Shown piece by piece: positions 1 through 11,487 of a DNA stretch of 64,000 nucleotides; positions within the stretch are counted from its first letter, which is position 1; every line of letters begins with the position of its first letter. The notes below the pieces were generated by a model. That model worked only from the letters and a program-made list of their open reading frames with translations, did no database searches and was not told the origin of the DNA. The stretch lies in the IMG/VR virus record IMGVR_UViG_3300050343_000214, positions 41,802 to 105,801 of that record; one strand, given 5' to 3'. The translations under genes were made by a program, and so were the position numbers. Origin of the DNA: a virus.

Positions 1-57
1 ATCTTAAAGTCGGGCCAGACGGCAGGATCAAAGAGTCTCAAAGCGAATTGGCGTAGA

Positions 58-3000
58 ATGACAAACTTTAGTTTTAATTGTGTGTTTCAGGATCATTCAT
101 TGATCCGCAATAAAAGCTCGGCAAGTGTCAGGGCCACGACTAAGTGCGTGAACGCCGCAAGAACTAAATTAGTTTCATCTGCATCTGTCAGAACTATTGC
201 TGGCAAGAAGGTTCCCGTATCGGCAAGGATTAAGAAATCTTTAAAGTTGAATGCTGCGCTGCAAACACAGGTGGTTGCAGTTTCGTCCAAGATATCCATT
301 AAGTCTAATGTTAGATCTTCTCTTGTAAATACTAGCGGGTTGTCTGTTGGCTGTAGGATTTCTTGCCAATCTTCTTTTAAGAATACATACGTTGATAAAA
401 TAGGTGGTGATTTATCTCAGATAAATGCTATTCAAGGATTTACGGGAAACCAAAAATTATATCCTAAGAGTGATATCACTATATCTGTGAATAACAATAC
501 TTTTGTAGACCAGTTTGGATCTACCTCTAATCTTTTTGATAAGATAAACGATGGTATATTTACAGGTAATTATCAAGAAAATTTTAACTCTAGTAGTAGG
601 ATGGTTGACAGTACCACTTTTATAGAACCCTCTTCTATATTAACAGACGGTACGTTTAAATATGTTTGTGAGGTAGACGCTCCCACCACTACTCCAAAGC
701 AAAGTTTTCTTTTTGTTAGAGCAGCAGCTCCAATGAGAAATTATGCTTCGTCTATGCCCCCTTCTTATAAACTATATAATGTATCTTTTCTAGACCCTAA
801 TGGTGATACTATAGTACAGTATGATGATATATTAATTAGGGGTGATTCTAATTACAATGATAATAAAGATGATAATTTTGTTACATACATATCTGGCCCC
901 TTAGTCAACAATATAGAAAAACCTGAGTGGCATACTGGCTATCCCTTATTTGGTCAAACCTCTGGCTACAAACTCTCTTTTGATTTAGATATTATATGTA
1001 GCGATATAGGATTCTCTGATAAGTTCAACCAAGGCTATCTTACTGAGTCTTGTGTTCTTCCTAGCTCTATCCACTCTGGCAATGATCACCTTGCTATTGA
1101 TGGTTCTCCCTTATCCACAAGTAGTCAAGGATTTATAAACCCTACAGACAATGTAAGAATCAGCGCTATAGAAATTGTAAATAGTGGTACTCCATTTGGT
1201 TTCTCTGTAGCTAATGCTGTAAACGCATTTGTGAAGACTGACGAAAAAGGACTGAGAATAGACAGGGAAATATTACCTTCTGAAATACAACTATCTACAT
1301 TTGACACCACAATACACCCTCAAAGTTTTTCAATTTGGGAATCTGACGATGCCTCTTTAGATAATACCAGCTCTAGCGGTTGTCAAGAAATTACTAAGAT
1401 ATTAAGAAAAAATAATGATGAGAATTATATTAACTTGTCTAGCTCTACAGTAGCAGACTCTGGAAAGTTAATAGTAAAGTTTAGTCATGAACCCCCTCTG
1501 CCAACCAATCGTTTCGTTGCTGGAGCTTTTGATATAAATTTCATGCAGCCAGAGAAAGAGTTTGATTACGCAGAGTATAAGAAGGTACATGCTTCCGACT
1601 CTATGTTTGTCGTAGATGAAGTGTTCTTAAAAGTCATTGCTAAAAAGGGAGCAAGCGCACCAGACTATACCCTAGATGTTGTGGGATACAGTTTTGATCA
1701 TTTACTTTTTAACACGCCAAAGGTTGGCGGCTTCCTGCAAAACACTGAGGGCGCAGGAACCATTCCGTCTGCCATTCAAACTGTAGGTGTAAATGATTTA
1801 GGGGTTGCAACTGAACCTTTATCTAACAAACAGGGATTTGCATTAAAGCCTTTAACTCCTAGTGATGGAGGAGATCATTATATTGTTGCTACAGCACCCG
1901 TAGTAAACTCCACTACTTTTGAAGAATACATTGTACCGCTCAAGGTTTATAGGCAGGGAGATGTGGGCATTCATCCAAATTATAATGTTAGCACATTCTT
2001 TGAGAATTTATTTCTAGATATTTGCCCCTTGCCGGTAGATGCTACTATTGCTTCTGTTAGATTATTAGTTAAACATAAACCGTCTAACGCGATGACGCTA
2101 TACACTCTAGGACATAAAGATTCTGTTGACTTAGGCAGAGAAGACACTTTCATGTCTCCTTCTGAGAAAAAATCTGTAGATACTCCTACAAGTTTTGGTA
2201 ATTATAATCATCCGTTATCTACTATAGAAAATATTCCAGCAGGATATAGTTCAGACGATTCCATGAAAAGCAACTACTCTAGAAGATGGAGGGGTGTTGA
2301 TGGGCTTGTTGCTGTTGGTCCGTTTGATTTTTCAGAGTTTGGTTTTGGTTTTTATAACCCGCAACTTAAAGCTCCATTCTTGGGAGGTTATTTCTCCTTT
2401 AATAACGACTCTGGAAATGATATTATATCAGATGATTTATATGAGCTACCCGGAATTACTGGAGAGTATATAGGTAATTATAATAAGTTACAGAATACAG
2501 GCTTAAGGTTTAAAAACGACCAGCTGTTCACTGGCTCTACGTCTCATACTACTATTGATTGGACTTCAATAACAGCCAATCAAGCAGACCCCCTATCTGG
2601 TCAGATCGCTGATGCTTTTGATAACACCGTTAGAGTATCTGGAGTTAATGGATATATTTCCTTTGATGATTTTGATGTTACCTCTGGCGTTATTGCGTTT
2701 GTTAGGTTTAGTCCTGACGAAAATATGTCATTTAATTCTAGTGTATTATTCTCTAAATATAATTCTGGCAAAGACTTAGAGTTTTCTTTAGGTTATAACA
2801 ATGGCTACCTCACAGCGCAAGCAACGGATGATCAAGGCAACCTTATAACCATACAAGATTCTCTTCTTTATACAAATTATTCTTACCCATTATCTGTTGT
2901 TTTGGCGTATAATAATACAAGCGACGGAGTAATGACATTATACACTGATAATGAAATTGACTCTACAGGATTTAATAGGCTCAGAGCTACCTCAAGCACT

Positions 3001-3993
3001 TTCCAAATAATAGACAGCGATAGCTCTTTTGACGTTGGTTATAGTAGCGGCGCTAGTGGTGGATCTAATGCCTTCATTACTGATTTGGCGATATCTGCTC
3101 CAAACCTATATACCGACCCAATGATGTTGTCAATGAATGTTTCTGATTTCTTAGATTCAATTCATACTAAGTATTGGGATGATGGAGAGGCTGCTGCTAA
3201 TGACACTAGAGAAATAAGCAGATTCATTGATAAAAATACAGACGAGTGGCACTTAGGAGGATTTTCAGTCTGTGCTTTTGATAAATCTTTCGATAGATTT
3301 ACAGAGCGCTTTGGTAAAGATTTTATTACTCACAGGGTTAAGAATGACGGTCAGGCTTACAGCACTCACGTAGATTCTAGCATATCTTCTGACGTAGATA
3401 GCGACACATCGTATCACACTCAAATAGAAAATGATTTCCTTAGAGTTAATCTAAAAAGCACAGAAGATTCGTTTAGCGATGAAGATGTCTTTTATTCATT
3501 AGCTCCCAGAATTACCAAGCAGCTGCCTAGAGGTTATAAGTTTTTTAAAGACTCAGTATCGGTAGACACTATAATAGAGCATATTACATATGATGATATA
3601 GTATGGAATGATGATAGCATAGGACCAAAACTAATTGTTAGTTTATATACGACGAATAAGGACAATACATTGAGATCTGAAAATAATATTGGATTAATAA
3701 ACAGGTCAGTGCATTATATTCCACCTTCCTCGTGTATCCACAAGATAACCAGCGACTTTGCGTTTGAAGACTTAATTAATACTGATAGCGAGGCTTGGTG
3801 TGATTTCGATCAGTCCTTAAACAAGACTGAGTTCACACATAAGTTTTTCGCAGAGGACATGCAAGAAATGTTTTTGCAGTACGATATAGCTTATCCTTCT
3901 GGAGTAGCTTATGACTCTACTGTTAATATTTATGGCTCTAGAGTAAAGTTTGAAGAACCTTTCCACAAGGCTAGGACTATAACTAATTTATAG
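58..3993 (+). CDS. Large virion/tail structural protein (1311 aa) with a LamG/concanavalin-like segment
   Basis: Long intact ORF, beta-rich (S/D/T/N). Basic repetitive N-terminus (SASVR twice). LamG-like stretch 'RVSGVNGYISF...IAFVRFSP...VLFSKY...FSLGY' near aa 860-1010. First of a tightly packed run of + strand genes. Confidence 0.65.
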   Translation: MTNFSFNCVFQDHSLIRNKSSASVRATTKCVNAARTKLVSSASVRTIAGKKVPVSARIKKSLKLNAALQTQVVAVSSKISIKSNVRSSLVNTSGLSVGCRISCQSSFKNTYVDKIGGDLSQINAIQGFTGNQKLYPKSDITISVNNNTFVDQFGSTSNLFDKINDGIFTGNYQENFNSSSRMVDSTTFIEPSSILTDGTFKYVCEVDAPTTTPKQSFLFVRAAAPMRNYASSMPPSYKLYNVSFLDPNGDTIVQYDDILIRGDSNYNDNKDDNFVTYISGPLVNNIEKPEWHTGYPLFGQTSGYKLSFDLDIICSDIGFSDKFNQGYLTESCVLPSSIHSGNDHLAIDGSPLSTSSQGFINPTDNVRISAIEIVNSGTPFGFSVANAVNAFVKTDEKGLRIDREILPSEIQLSTFDTTIHPQSFSIWESDDASLDNTSSSGCQEITKILRKNNDENYINLSSSTVADSGKLIVKFSHEPPLPTNRFVAGAFDINFMQPEKEFDYAEYKKVHASDSMFVVDEVFLKVIAKKGASAPDYTLDVVGYSFDHLLFNTPKVGGFLQNTEGAGTIPSAIQTVGVNDLGVATEPLSNKQGFALKPLTPSDGGDHYIVATAPVVNSTTFEEYIVPLKVYRQGDVGIHPNYNVSTFFENLFLDICPLPVDATIASVRLLVKHKPSNAMTLYTLGHKDSVDLGREDTFMSPSEKKSVDTPTSFGNYNHPLSTIENIPAGYSSDDSMKSNYSRRWRGVDGLVAVGPFDFSEFGFGFYNPQLKAPFLGGYFSFNNDSGNDIISDDLYELPGITGEYIGNYNKLQNTGLRFKNDQLFTGSTSHTTIDWTSITANQADPLSGQIADAFDNTVRVSGVNGYISFDDFDVTSGVIAFVRFSPDENMSFNSSVLFSKYNSGKDLEFSLGYNNGYLTAQATDDQGNLITIQDSLLYTNYSYPLSVVLAYNNTSDGVMTLYTDNEIDSTGFNRLRATSSTFQIIDSDSSFDVGYSSGASGGSNAFITDLAISAPNLYTDPMMLSMNVSDFLDSIHTKYWDDGEAAANDTREISRFIDKNTDEWHLGGFSVCAFDKSFDRFTERFGKDFITHRVKNDGQAYSTHVDSSISSDVDSDTSYHTQIENDFLRVNLKSTEDSFSDEDVFYSLAPRITKQLPRGYKFFKDSVSVDTIIEHITYDDIVWNDDSIGPKLIVSLYTTNKDNTLRSENNIGLINRSVHYIPPSSCIHKITSDFAFEDLINTDSEAWCDFDQSLNKTEFTHKFFAEDMQEMFLQYDIAYPSGVAYDSTVNIYGSRVKFEEPFHKARTITNL

Positions 3994-4001
3994 AGGATAT
4001 T

Positions 4002-7000
4002 ATGTCTGGATTTAATTTATATATTGAAGGTGAAAAAATACAATATGGTTCAATGCCTATCTACGTGGGAGGTCAAGAATCTTCTCATAGTAGCCTAAAT
4101 CTATTTCATCAAAGCATAATTAAGTATCCTACCTCTGGAGAGTTAAATCTTTTTTGCTCACAATTGACCTGCACTCAGGTGGGAAATGATCTTGTCTGCC
4201 CTATTGAAGACAGTTTTATTCTGCACACCCTAAGAACTGAATCTCTAATAGACGGTGGTTCTTCTGAGGACGATTTAGAATTTTCTCTTTATGTTCGTGG
4301 CAGACAACGCTTCTTTGGAGAGCCTACCACTGGCGGTGGCTCTAGCGGTTCTGATAGTTCTACTCAGCGTGGCGATGTCAATACAATGCCCCTGTATCTT
4401 GAAACTTCCAACGGTTTAGATAATGGAACTTTAAATCTATATACATCTGGACTGAATTCTATACAGGACACCAACAACAATCTATCTCTTTTTACTTTTT
4501 CTGAAACTGTAGGATTACCAACTCAGACTAATGCGTCTGCCCCACTGCATGTGTTTGGATTTATTGATGAAAATGACGACAAAGCTATAATGCCATTGGT
4601 TCTTTTCGGCAAAACTATAAGCTCAACCTTAAATCAAGAAACAATTAATGCTAGTTTTTCACTATTCGTTTCTAAAAATTCTAACTTTACTTGGAACGCT
4701 TCTGCGTTTGGCGTTAGTACAGAGGTAGACGACGAGCCATTTATTAGTGTTGATCCTACTGACGCAATCCGTGGCGTTGAATTAATTTGTTATGGAGATT
4801 GTATAACGGGCACTTGCGAAGAATTAGTTTTACGATCCCATGATACTGATTGGTTTTCTGTAGATTGTTTAGACGGTGGCATATTCAGAGCTGAGAATAC
4901 ATACACAGATTTAAATAATAATGCGTTTGGATCTAGCGTTCCTTATAGTGGTCATTTTTACGGAGCGAGAAAGTTTACTGGATTGGAGCCTTTCACTCCT
5001 TATTCTGTTAACATCAAGGGTTCGTCAGGTTCTAGCGTTAGAATACCAGCACCTAAAGAGTTAAATAATTGGGAATTTACATCCAACAGAGAAGATGGAG
5101 ATAATGATTCTTTACCATTATTCTCTGGACTTAAACTTATAGGGGATGCACCATACGCATCTGGCGGCAGAAACCAAGGCGATAAGTATGGCAGCTCTGT
5201 TTCTATGACTCAAGATCTTTTAGCCGTTGGCTCTCCAAACTTTGATATAGATGAATGTTGCTGGTGTCTTAGAAGATGATAACGATATAACTCTGAATAA
5301 TGCTGGTACTGTATTCTTATATAGGAGAGGGCGCAGAGCCAGTGTCTGACGCCGAAATTGTATCTGACAAGGCTGGCTGGGATTTAGAAGCGCAATTATT
5401 CTTGCCTTCAGGTATACTAAGAGATTATTATAAAGAGACGATCCTTCCGCTTGCTGGTACAGATGCTACTGTAACAGAAAGAAAGTGGTATCTTGGTCAA
5501 GAAGGTAGGAACTTTGGTCAAAGCTTGGCGACTTGTATAATTGATCAAGTGGATTTAGCCTCTGGTGAGAAAGCCTCTGTTCGAGGATGATAAACAATTG
5601 AGTTGTTGTTGGCGCGCCTAACGCAAGTTGGACAAGAACATTTGCTGCTCCAGCGCAAGCTGAACACGATATCTTATTAATGGTATTTACGGATGAATTT
5701 TCTCCAAGTGTTGGCAGGCAAACTTACAATGATATTCTAAATGACATCAAGCAAAATAACTTGTTGTACAAATATTATTCTAAACCAGCCATTGATATAA
5801 CTATTAAAGTTATAATATTCCAACCTATGGATTTTACTTTGCAACCAGACATAGATTTTCCAGAACCCACACCTACATTTATCTTGAAGAAGTCTATACT
5901 CTAGACACACTAACGATGTTAATGGAACTTCTGAATTTCAGAACCGAGACGATAATATATTGCAGCAGATAAAAGACGCTTACTTTGAAATGTATCCTAC
6001 TCAGCGATCCCAAGCAACCCTCTATACTTGGAGTCTATGTAGATGATAGTAGATCTCTAGGCACTACAGCTATGGAGCCTGCTCTCTCTAGATTCAAGTC
6101 TTTCTACCAAGACAGAGTATTTAACAATGGATTGCAAGATGTTTTCAATACGCCCTTCTTCTGGAGCCGTGCTTGAGACTGTTACCGACGACGAAAACTG
6201 GATTCAACAGAGTAGGTCTTTGCTTGACTTTACATTAGATAGCGGTAGATTGATCACGAAAGAGTTTTTGAGTTTACTAACTGACCCAGAAGAGTTTGGC
6301 TCCTTCAATACCGACTCTAGAAGAGTTCAACGAAGCCCCTGCTAGCGGTGGAACCGTTTACGTTTTTGAAAAAGAAAGCGGCGCATGGAATCTTATACAA
6401 GAGCTAGCATCTCCTACCACAGAAATTGATGTAGACGTAGACAGGTTTGGAAAAGCTGTAGAGATAAGTAAAAATGGTGAGGTCATAATAGTAGGTTCTC
6501 CTTACATGGATGAAGCTCTCACTGTTTACGAGTACGATTACGACGAAAAAGAACGTCTTTATAGCAATGTTGAAAAATGGGTAGATTATCATATAGCTGA
6601 GTCTACAGATCAAAATGTATATCCTAATCTTAAATTTAATATTGATGAGCTTAGGAAAATATTTGATGACGATGAAGATGTTTTTAGATCTATTTATGCT
6701 GTATTGAATCCAGATCAAAAATATAGATACCGTACAGACGCTGCTTATTGGGGAGCGCAAGGTGTCATAGAAGAATACAAAAAAATATATGAATACAAAT
6801 ATAGTGACATTGAATACAAGGGCAGTTATACAAAGTTGTTAGAAAGATTTGCTCCTACTTCCCGAATGGGATACAGCGTAGCTGTCAATGCTTCTGGAAC
6901 TTCTCTTGCTATTGGTTGTCCTACTGACAGTCTTGATCAATCTGATGATTCTAACTTATACTATCATCCTACTAATTCTGGTCAGATATTATGGCCCTCA

Positions 7001-10000
7001 CACACCAACGCTGGCTCTGTGCGCGTTTTTGATGCAAGAAAGTATTATCCTCATAGCAAAATTGTAGAATATGGAAAGTTTGGAAACAAAACTAAATCGT
7101 TTATAGACGAAGGCTCTGAAAGTCAATTTGCTCATTACTCTGGAGTGTATGATGGTATAGACAAGACTTTCCACATTACTGACTTCAATGATTTTGACAT
7201 ACCTGAAGACGCTGGTATTGTTTTTATAATCTGTCCAGAAGTTAATTTTGCTAACGATGCAGTCATTGGAAGACTACAAGCTTGGCTAGACTTGGGTGAT
7301 AGAAACTTAGTTCTAGTTGGAAACAATTCTACATTCGAGGAGAATTCAGCATTTTATGAATCCAACGAAATTGTAAATGATATTCTTGCTAAGTTGGATT
7401 CTGCAATGACTCTTAAGCCAACCATAGGCATGAAGAGATCTCTACTTGGTGATAACGCTTGTCAGGATGTCCCCAATATACTGCCAGTTTCCCCGCCGGA
7501 TAATTCTATAGAATCTTATATAGATAATTCTAGCAACTTACATGCTAGAGGTGTGTCTCATATTGCAATGAAGACCCCCAACGTTCCTAACAAAAGCTCT
7601 TACTTTATTAATGTGAATCAGATTATGTATGAAAATTATACATGTGATTCTGACTACACTCAATATAATAATTATTGCTCCCCACCCTTGCAAGACGGTG
7701 CTGATCTTAGGTCTTCTTGGAGAACTAGTGCGGGAGTCAGGAATTGGCCTAATATCTTTGATGATGTTTTTGAAGGTAGCCGACAACCACCTGTTCCGCT
7801 ATATACTTCAGCAGAAGTCAGAGAGCCGTTTACTTTAAACATACCAGAAGTTCCTGCTAGGTCCGGCATCTTCTTAGAGTTTGATTTAGTTCAATCAGAT
7901 GCCTCTCCAGCGTTTGGTGATATCATAGACAGTAACATCAAAGACTTTGCTTGGTCTAGCACTGAAACTGATTATACATATCTTAATACTAATTATGGTA
8001 ATAATACTAATCCAAACAGATTTTTTGATCCACAGTCAAAAGTTTTTACTGACCCATTAATACAGTCTGAGGGTTCTAACGGCGTAGAAAACATTAAGAC
8101 TGAAGCGGAAGTTTCAGACAAGGCTTATTTCTCAGCTGAAGAAAGACTTCCCAACAATTTCTCTAAAGTCTATTTAATATCTTCATTGAGGACAGAGCTT
8201 TTAGATAAACTTTATTCTGGAGGAGATAGGAATATCAATTTCTATTTTAATATTGCTGCCAAAAATAGGTTTGGTGGATCACACATAGCGCAGCTCAACG
8301 CTTTCTCTGGAAGGTCAAATTTCACAGATGCTATTTCAGGCTCTGCGCTAGAGCTAGTGTTTACAAATAATGGTAATACCGTAGATACTAATGTTAATAT
8401 ATCACAGCTTGTCAATGGCAATTCTCAAGGTAAGACATATGATGTGTGTTGGGTAGCAAATCCTCTTAACAGCCCTTCTGATTCCGAAGTACGTGAAATT
8501 AAATTGTGGATGAGTAATGGCAAGAAAAAACTTGTTGTTACTTATGACAACCCCGAATCTGCTCAAGCTGCTAAGGATTTATGCGAGGCTCTAGAATTGT
8601 CAATGGCCCCCTTGTATTTACCCCAAAGAAAAAAGTTTGCTAATAACAAAAACGATACACCTAAGAGCAGTAGGTTTTATTCTTTCAATAACTCCTCTAG
8701 ATTTGTTGGTATTAACGATAATAATAGAGCAATTAGATTTGGATTCGACGCAGAAAGAGATAGCATATCGACGCTAACTTTAGATATATCTAGAGATACT
8801 TTTATACCTATATCTTTGGGTAGAGCTACCGCCATAGCGCAGGTTAATCATGGGATAAGTGATGATAAATACATAGATGTGGGTTTCAGCTTCATGAAAA
8901 CTGGAATCTGTAAAGTTGATTTTGCCGTTCAGCCAAATACCGCTTACAGGATTTCTTTTGAAACTATAGCATTTTCTAAACTAGAAACAGAGCCTTTAAA
9001 TGTATACATAACCAATTGCAATGGAACGCCCACCTTTGAATCCGCTGATACGCCTCCCACGCAGGATATTATAAACTGGGACAATGACAATAATAATGTT
9101 TCTGTATTCACAGCGCCAGTTGGTATTATTGGTTCTTTGGGTAGTCATACTTCTTTTAGAAAAATTCACGAATTCAATATTAAGACTTTGAGTAATGTAG
9201 ATAGCATTTCTGTATTTATAGAGGGTAACAATCCTAGAACTAGCAACACATCAATTCTTCCCAGCACTCTGGCCTTGAATAGTATATCTGGTCATGAAAT
9301 TTCGATAGAAGAACGTCCAGTATTCAAGAAGGTAGCTAGATATGAGACTAGACTTATCAGACCGGCAGAGCCAGCTAGAACAACCACTGTTACATTTGAT
9401 GAACCTATTCCGTTTACGTCTGATAGTTCTAATAATTGTCCTACTGCTGACTGCTCTGATGTGTTTAAAAATACTGAGATAGAAGATGGCGCCGTAGTAG
9501 TGGCTCAGGAAATTTATTATGCTGGTGATCATAGCAAGGGTATAAATAGATCTAGGATAACTGTCATTGCTGACGCAGACATGATTCAAGGTAATTGTAT
9601 ATTTGATGACGATGGTTCTATTAAGCCTGAACATAAAGACTTCCTGCAAAGCCTGTATCCAGACACTATATTCCCAACCAATCTAAATGCAAGAATTTTT
9701 GATGTCAATAAAAAAATCATATCAGACGAACGAGGCAGTCCTGCTAGGTACTATCACGGTTTTGGTAAAGATGGTTTAATTGGTCGTTTCATTCCAGAGC
9801 AAGGAACTCCTTCTTCTGGATTATTGATGCAAGACTTTAGAGATGTCTCTGATACCGCTATCGAGCGACCAGTATTAGATGATACAAATCAAACTTCTGT
9901 ATTCTCAGCTTTCATAGATAGCCAATCTCACTTCGGTGTTAATTCTAAATTTTCTCAAAATTTCAGTGGCGTATCTTACTCCGATGCTAATGTTTTAGGT

Positions 10001-11485
10001 GGACTGCCTGACGTTTTAAGAGACCACAATGTAGACTTTTTAGATTTTAGAGCATTTCCTTCAGGCTATCCGGGCGATTTATTTGGATTTGATATAGCCT
10101 ATTATAACGGTCACTTGGTAATTGGTTCTCCTTATGCTGCATATGAGCGAACATACATTACTCCTTGGTCTGAAGTTTCTGGTAACACCCCTCAGTTTTC
10201 TCATCCTAGCGGAATAGTTGTTAGTAATTATGGTGGCGCTGGTTCTGTATATGTTTATAATCAGTCTAGCAATGGCGATTGGGATTTAAAACAAAAATTA
10301 AGGCCAGATGGTATTAATGTGGGTCAAGATCTTAGCACTCAAGCAGAGTCTATCCTGACGGCAGCTTTAGGTGCTAACAATTACGATTTAGATTTCCTTC
10401 TTGAGTATTCTCCTATTACTGACAAATTTGGATACTCCGTAGATATTCACGGTGACGTTATAGCCGTTGGCGCTCCGGGTCATGATTATCCAGTTGAAGT
10501 GGACGTAACGGTTCAAGGAGCTTTTGAAACAAGAAGTTTTAATTTTGAATTTGATATTGAAACTAGAATCAGTAAAGACTTGGGAGACGAAGAAGTTAGA
10601 TTGGTTTTAGGTGTCGCCAGCGGCGTGCTGAATAACGGAGCTATATTTACTTTTGAGAACAGGTTTGGGGACAAGATATCTGGTTTCAGGAATTGGGAAT
10701 TTGTAGAAAAATTAATGCCTCAAGGTTACAACTCTAGAGTGCAAGAACAAGTGGCTGCCTCTGGTACAGAAAATGAAAACTTTGGCGAATCTCTTGCTAT
10801 ATACAGACCAAAAAGAAGAGACGCTGATTATACTGTAGCTATTGGCACTCCTTATCACAAGTTTGCGACTAGTGGAAATCATATTTCGCCAGAGCCTCTA
10901 GAAGATGCTGGAGCAGTCACCACCTTTGATGCTATGCTGAGAACTAATAATGCATTTAGTGCGGCTTCTGGGTCTGGCGCTTTTATAGATGCTTTTGTGT
11001 ACGGGATAGCTAGAAACCAATACAGCGTAAATCTATACATAGACAATACTGATTTAGATAGAGACTACTATGCTAACGGCGTAGTATATGCTAATAATGA
11101 AGGAGAAATATTTATAGAAGCTTCTGGTCAAGATCTTAACGCAAATGGCTTCACAGTGCATAGACCTTACATTCAATCAGTTTTAGGTGGAATTTCTCGT
11201 CCAACCTCGTCTTCTATTAATGATAATTTCTCGCTATACACCTCCGCTATTACTGACTCAACTCGGGCAGAAATGCCACTATATTGCTTACCCTCAAATA
11301 AAGCAAATGTGTATAATAGTGTGGGAATGTTTGTAGATTCTATCGACTTGGCTGGCTCTAACATTATGCCACTATTTGTAACTGCGGGATCAGGAACTCC
11401 TATATCTGACGATGATTTTAACTTGTTTGTTAGCGGCGTTGGTAATCCTGACGACAACATTCACCTTATTACTTTTGGATTTTAA
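4002..11485 (+). CDS. Giant FG-GAP (integrin-alpha-like beta-propeller) virion protein, ~2,490 aa, broken by several indels at ~5.2-6.3 kb
   Basis: ORF fragments 4002-5279, 5300-5590, 5680-5904, 5985-6176, 6127-6345 and 6296-11485 read continuously after single-base corrections. Seven FG-GAP units, e.g. GDKYGSSV..VGSP..NAGTVFLY, DRFGKAV..VGSP, DKFGYSVD..VGAP..NNGAIFTF. RBS GAGGA precedes 4002. Confidence 0.75.
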
Positions 11486-11487
11486 TT

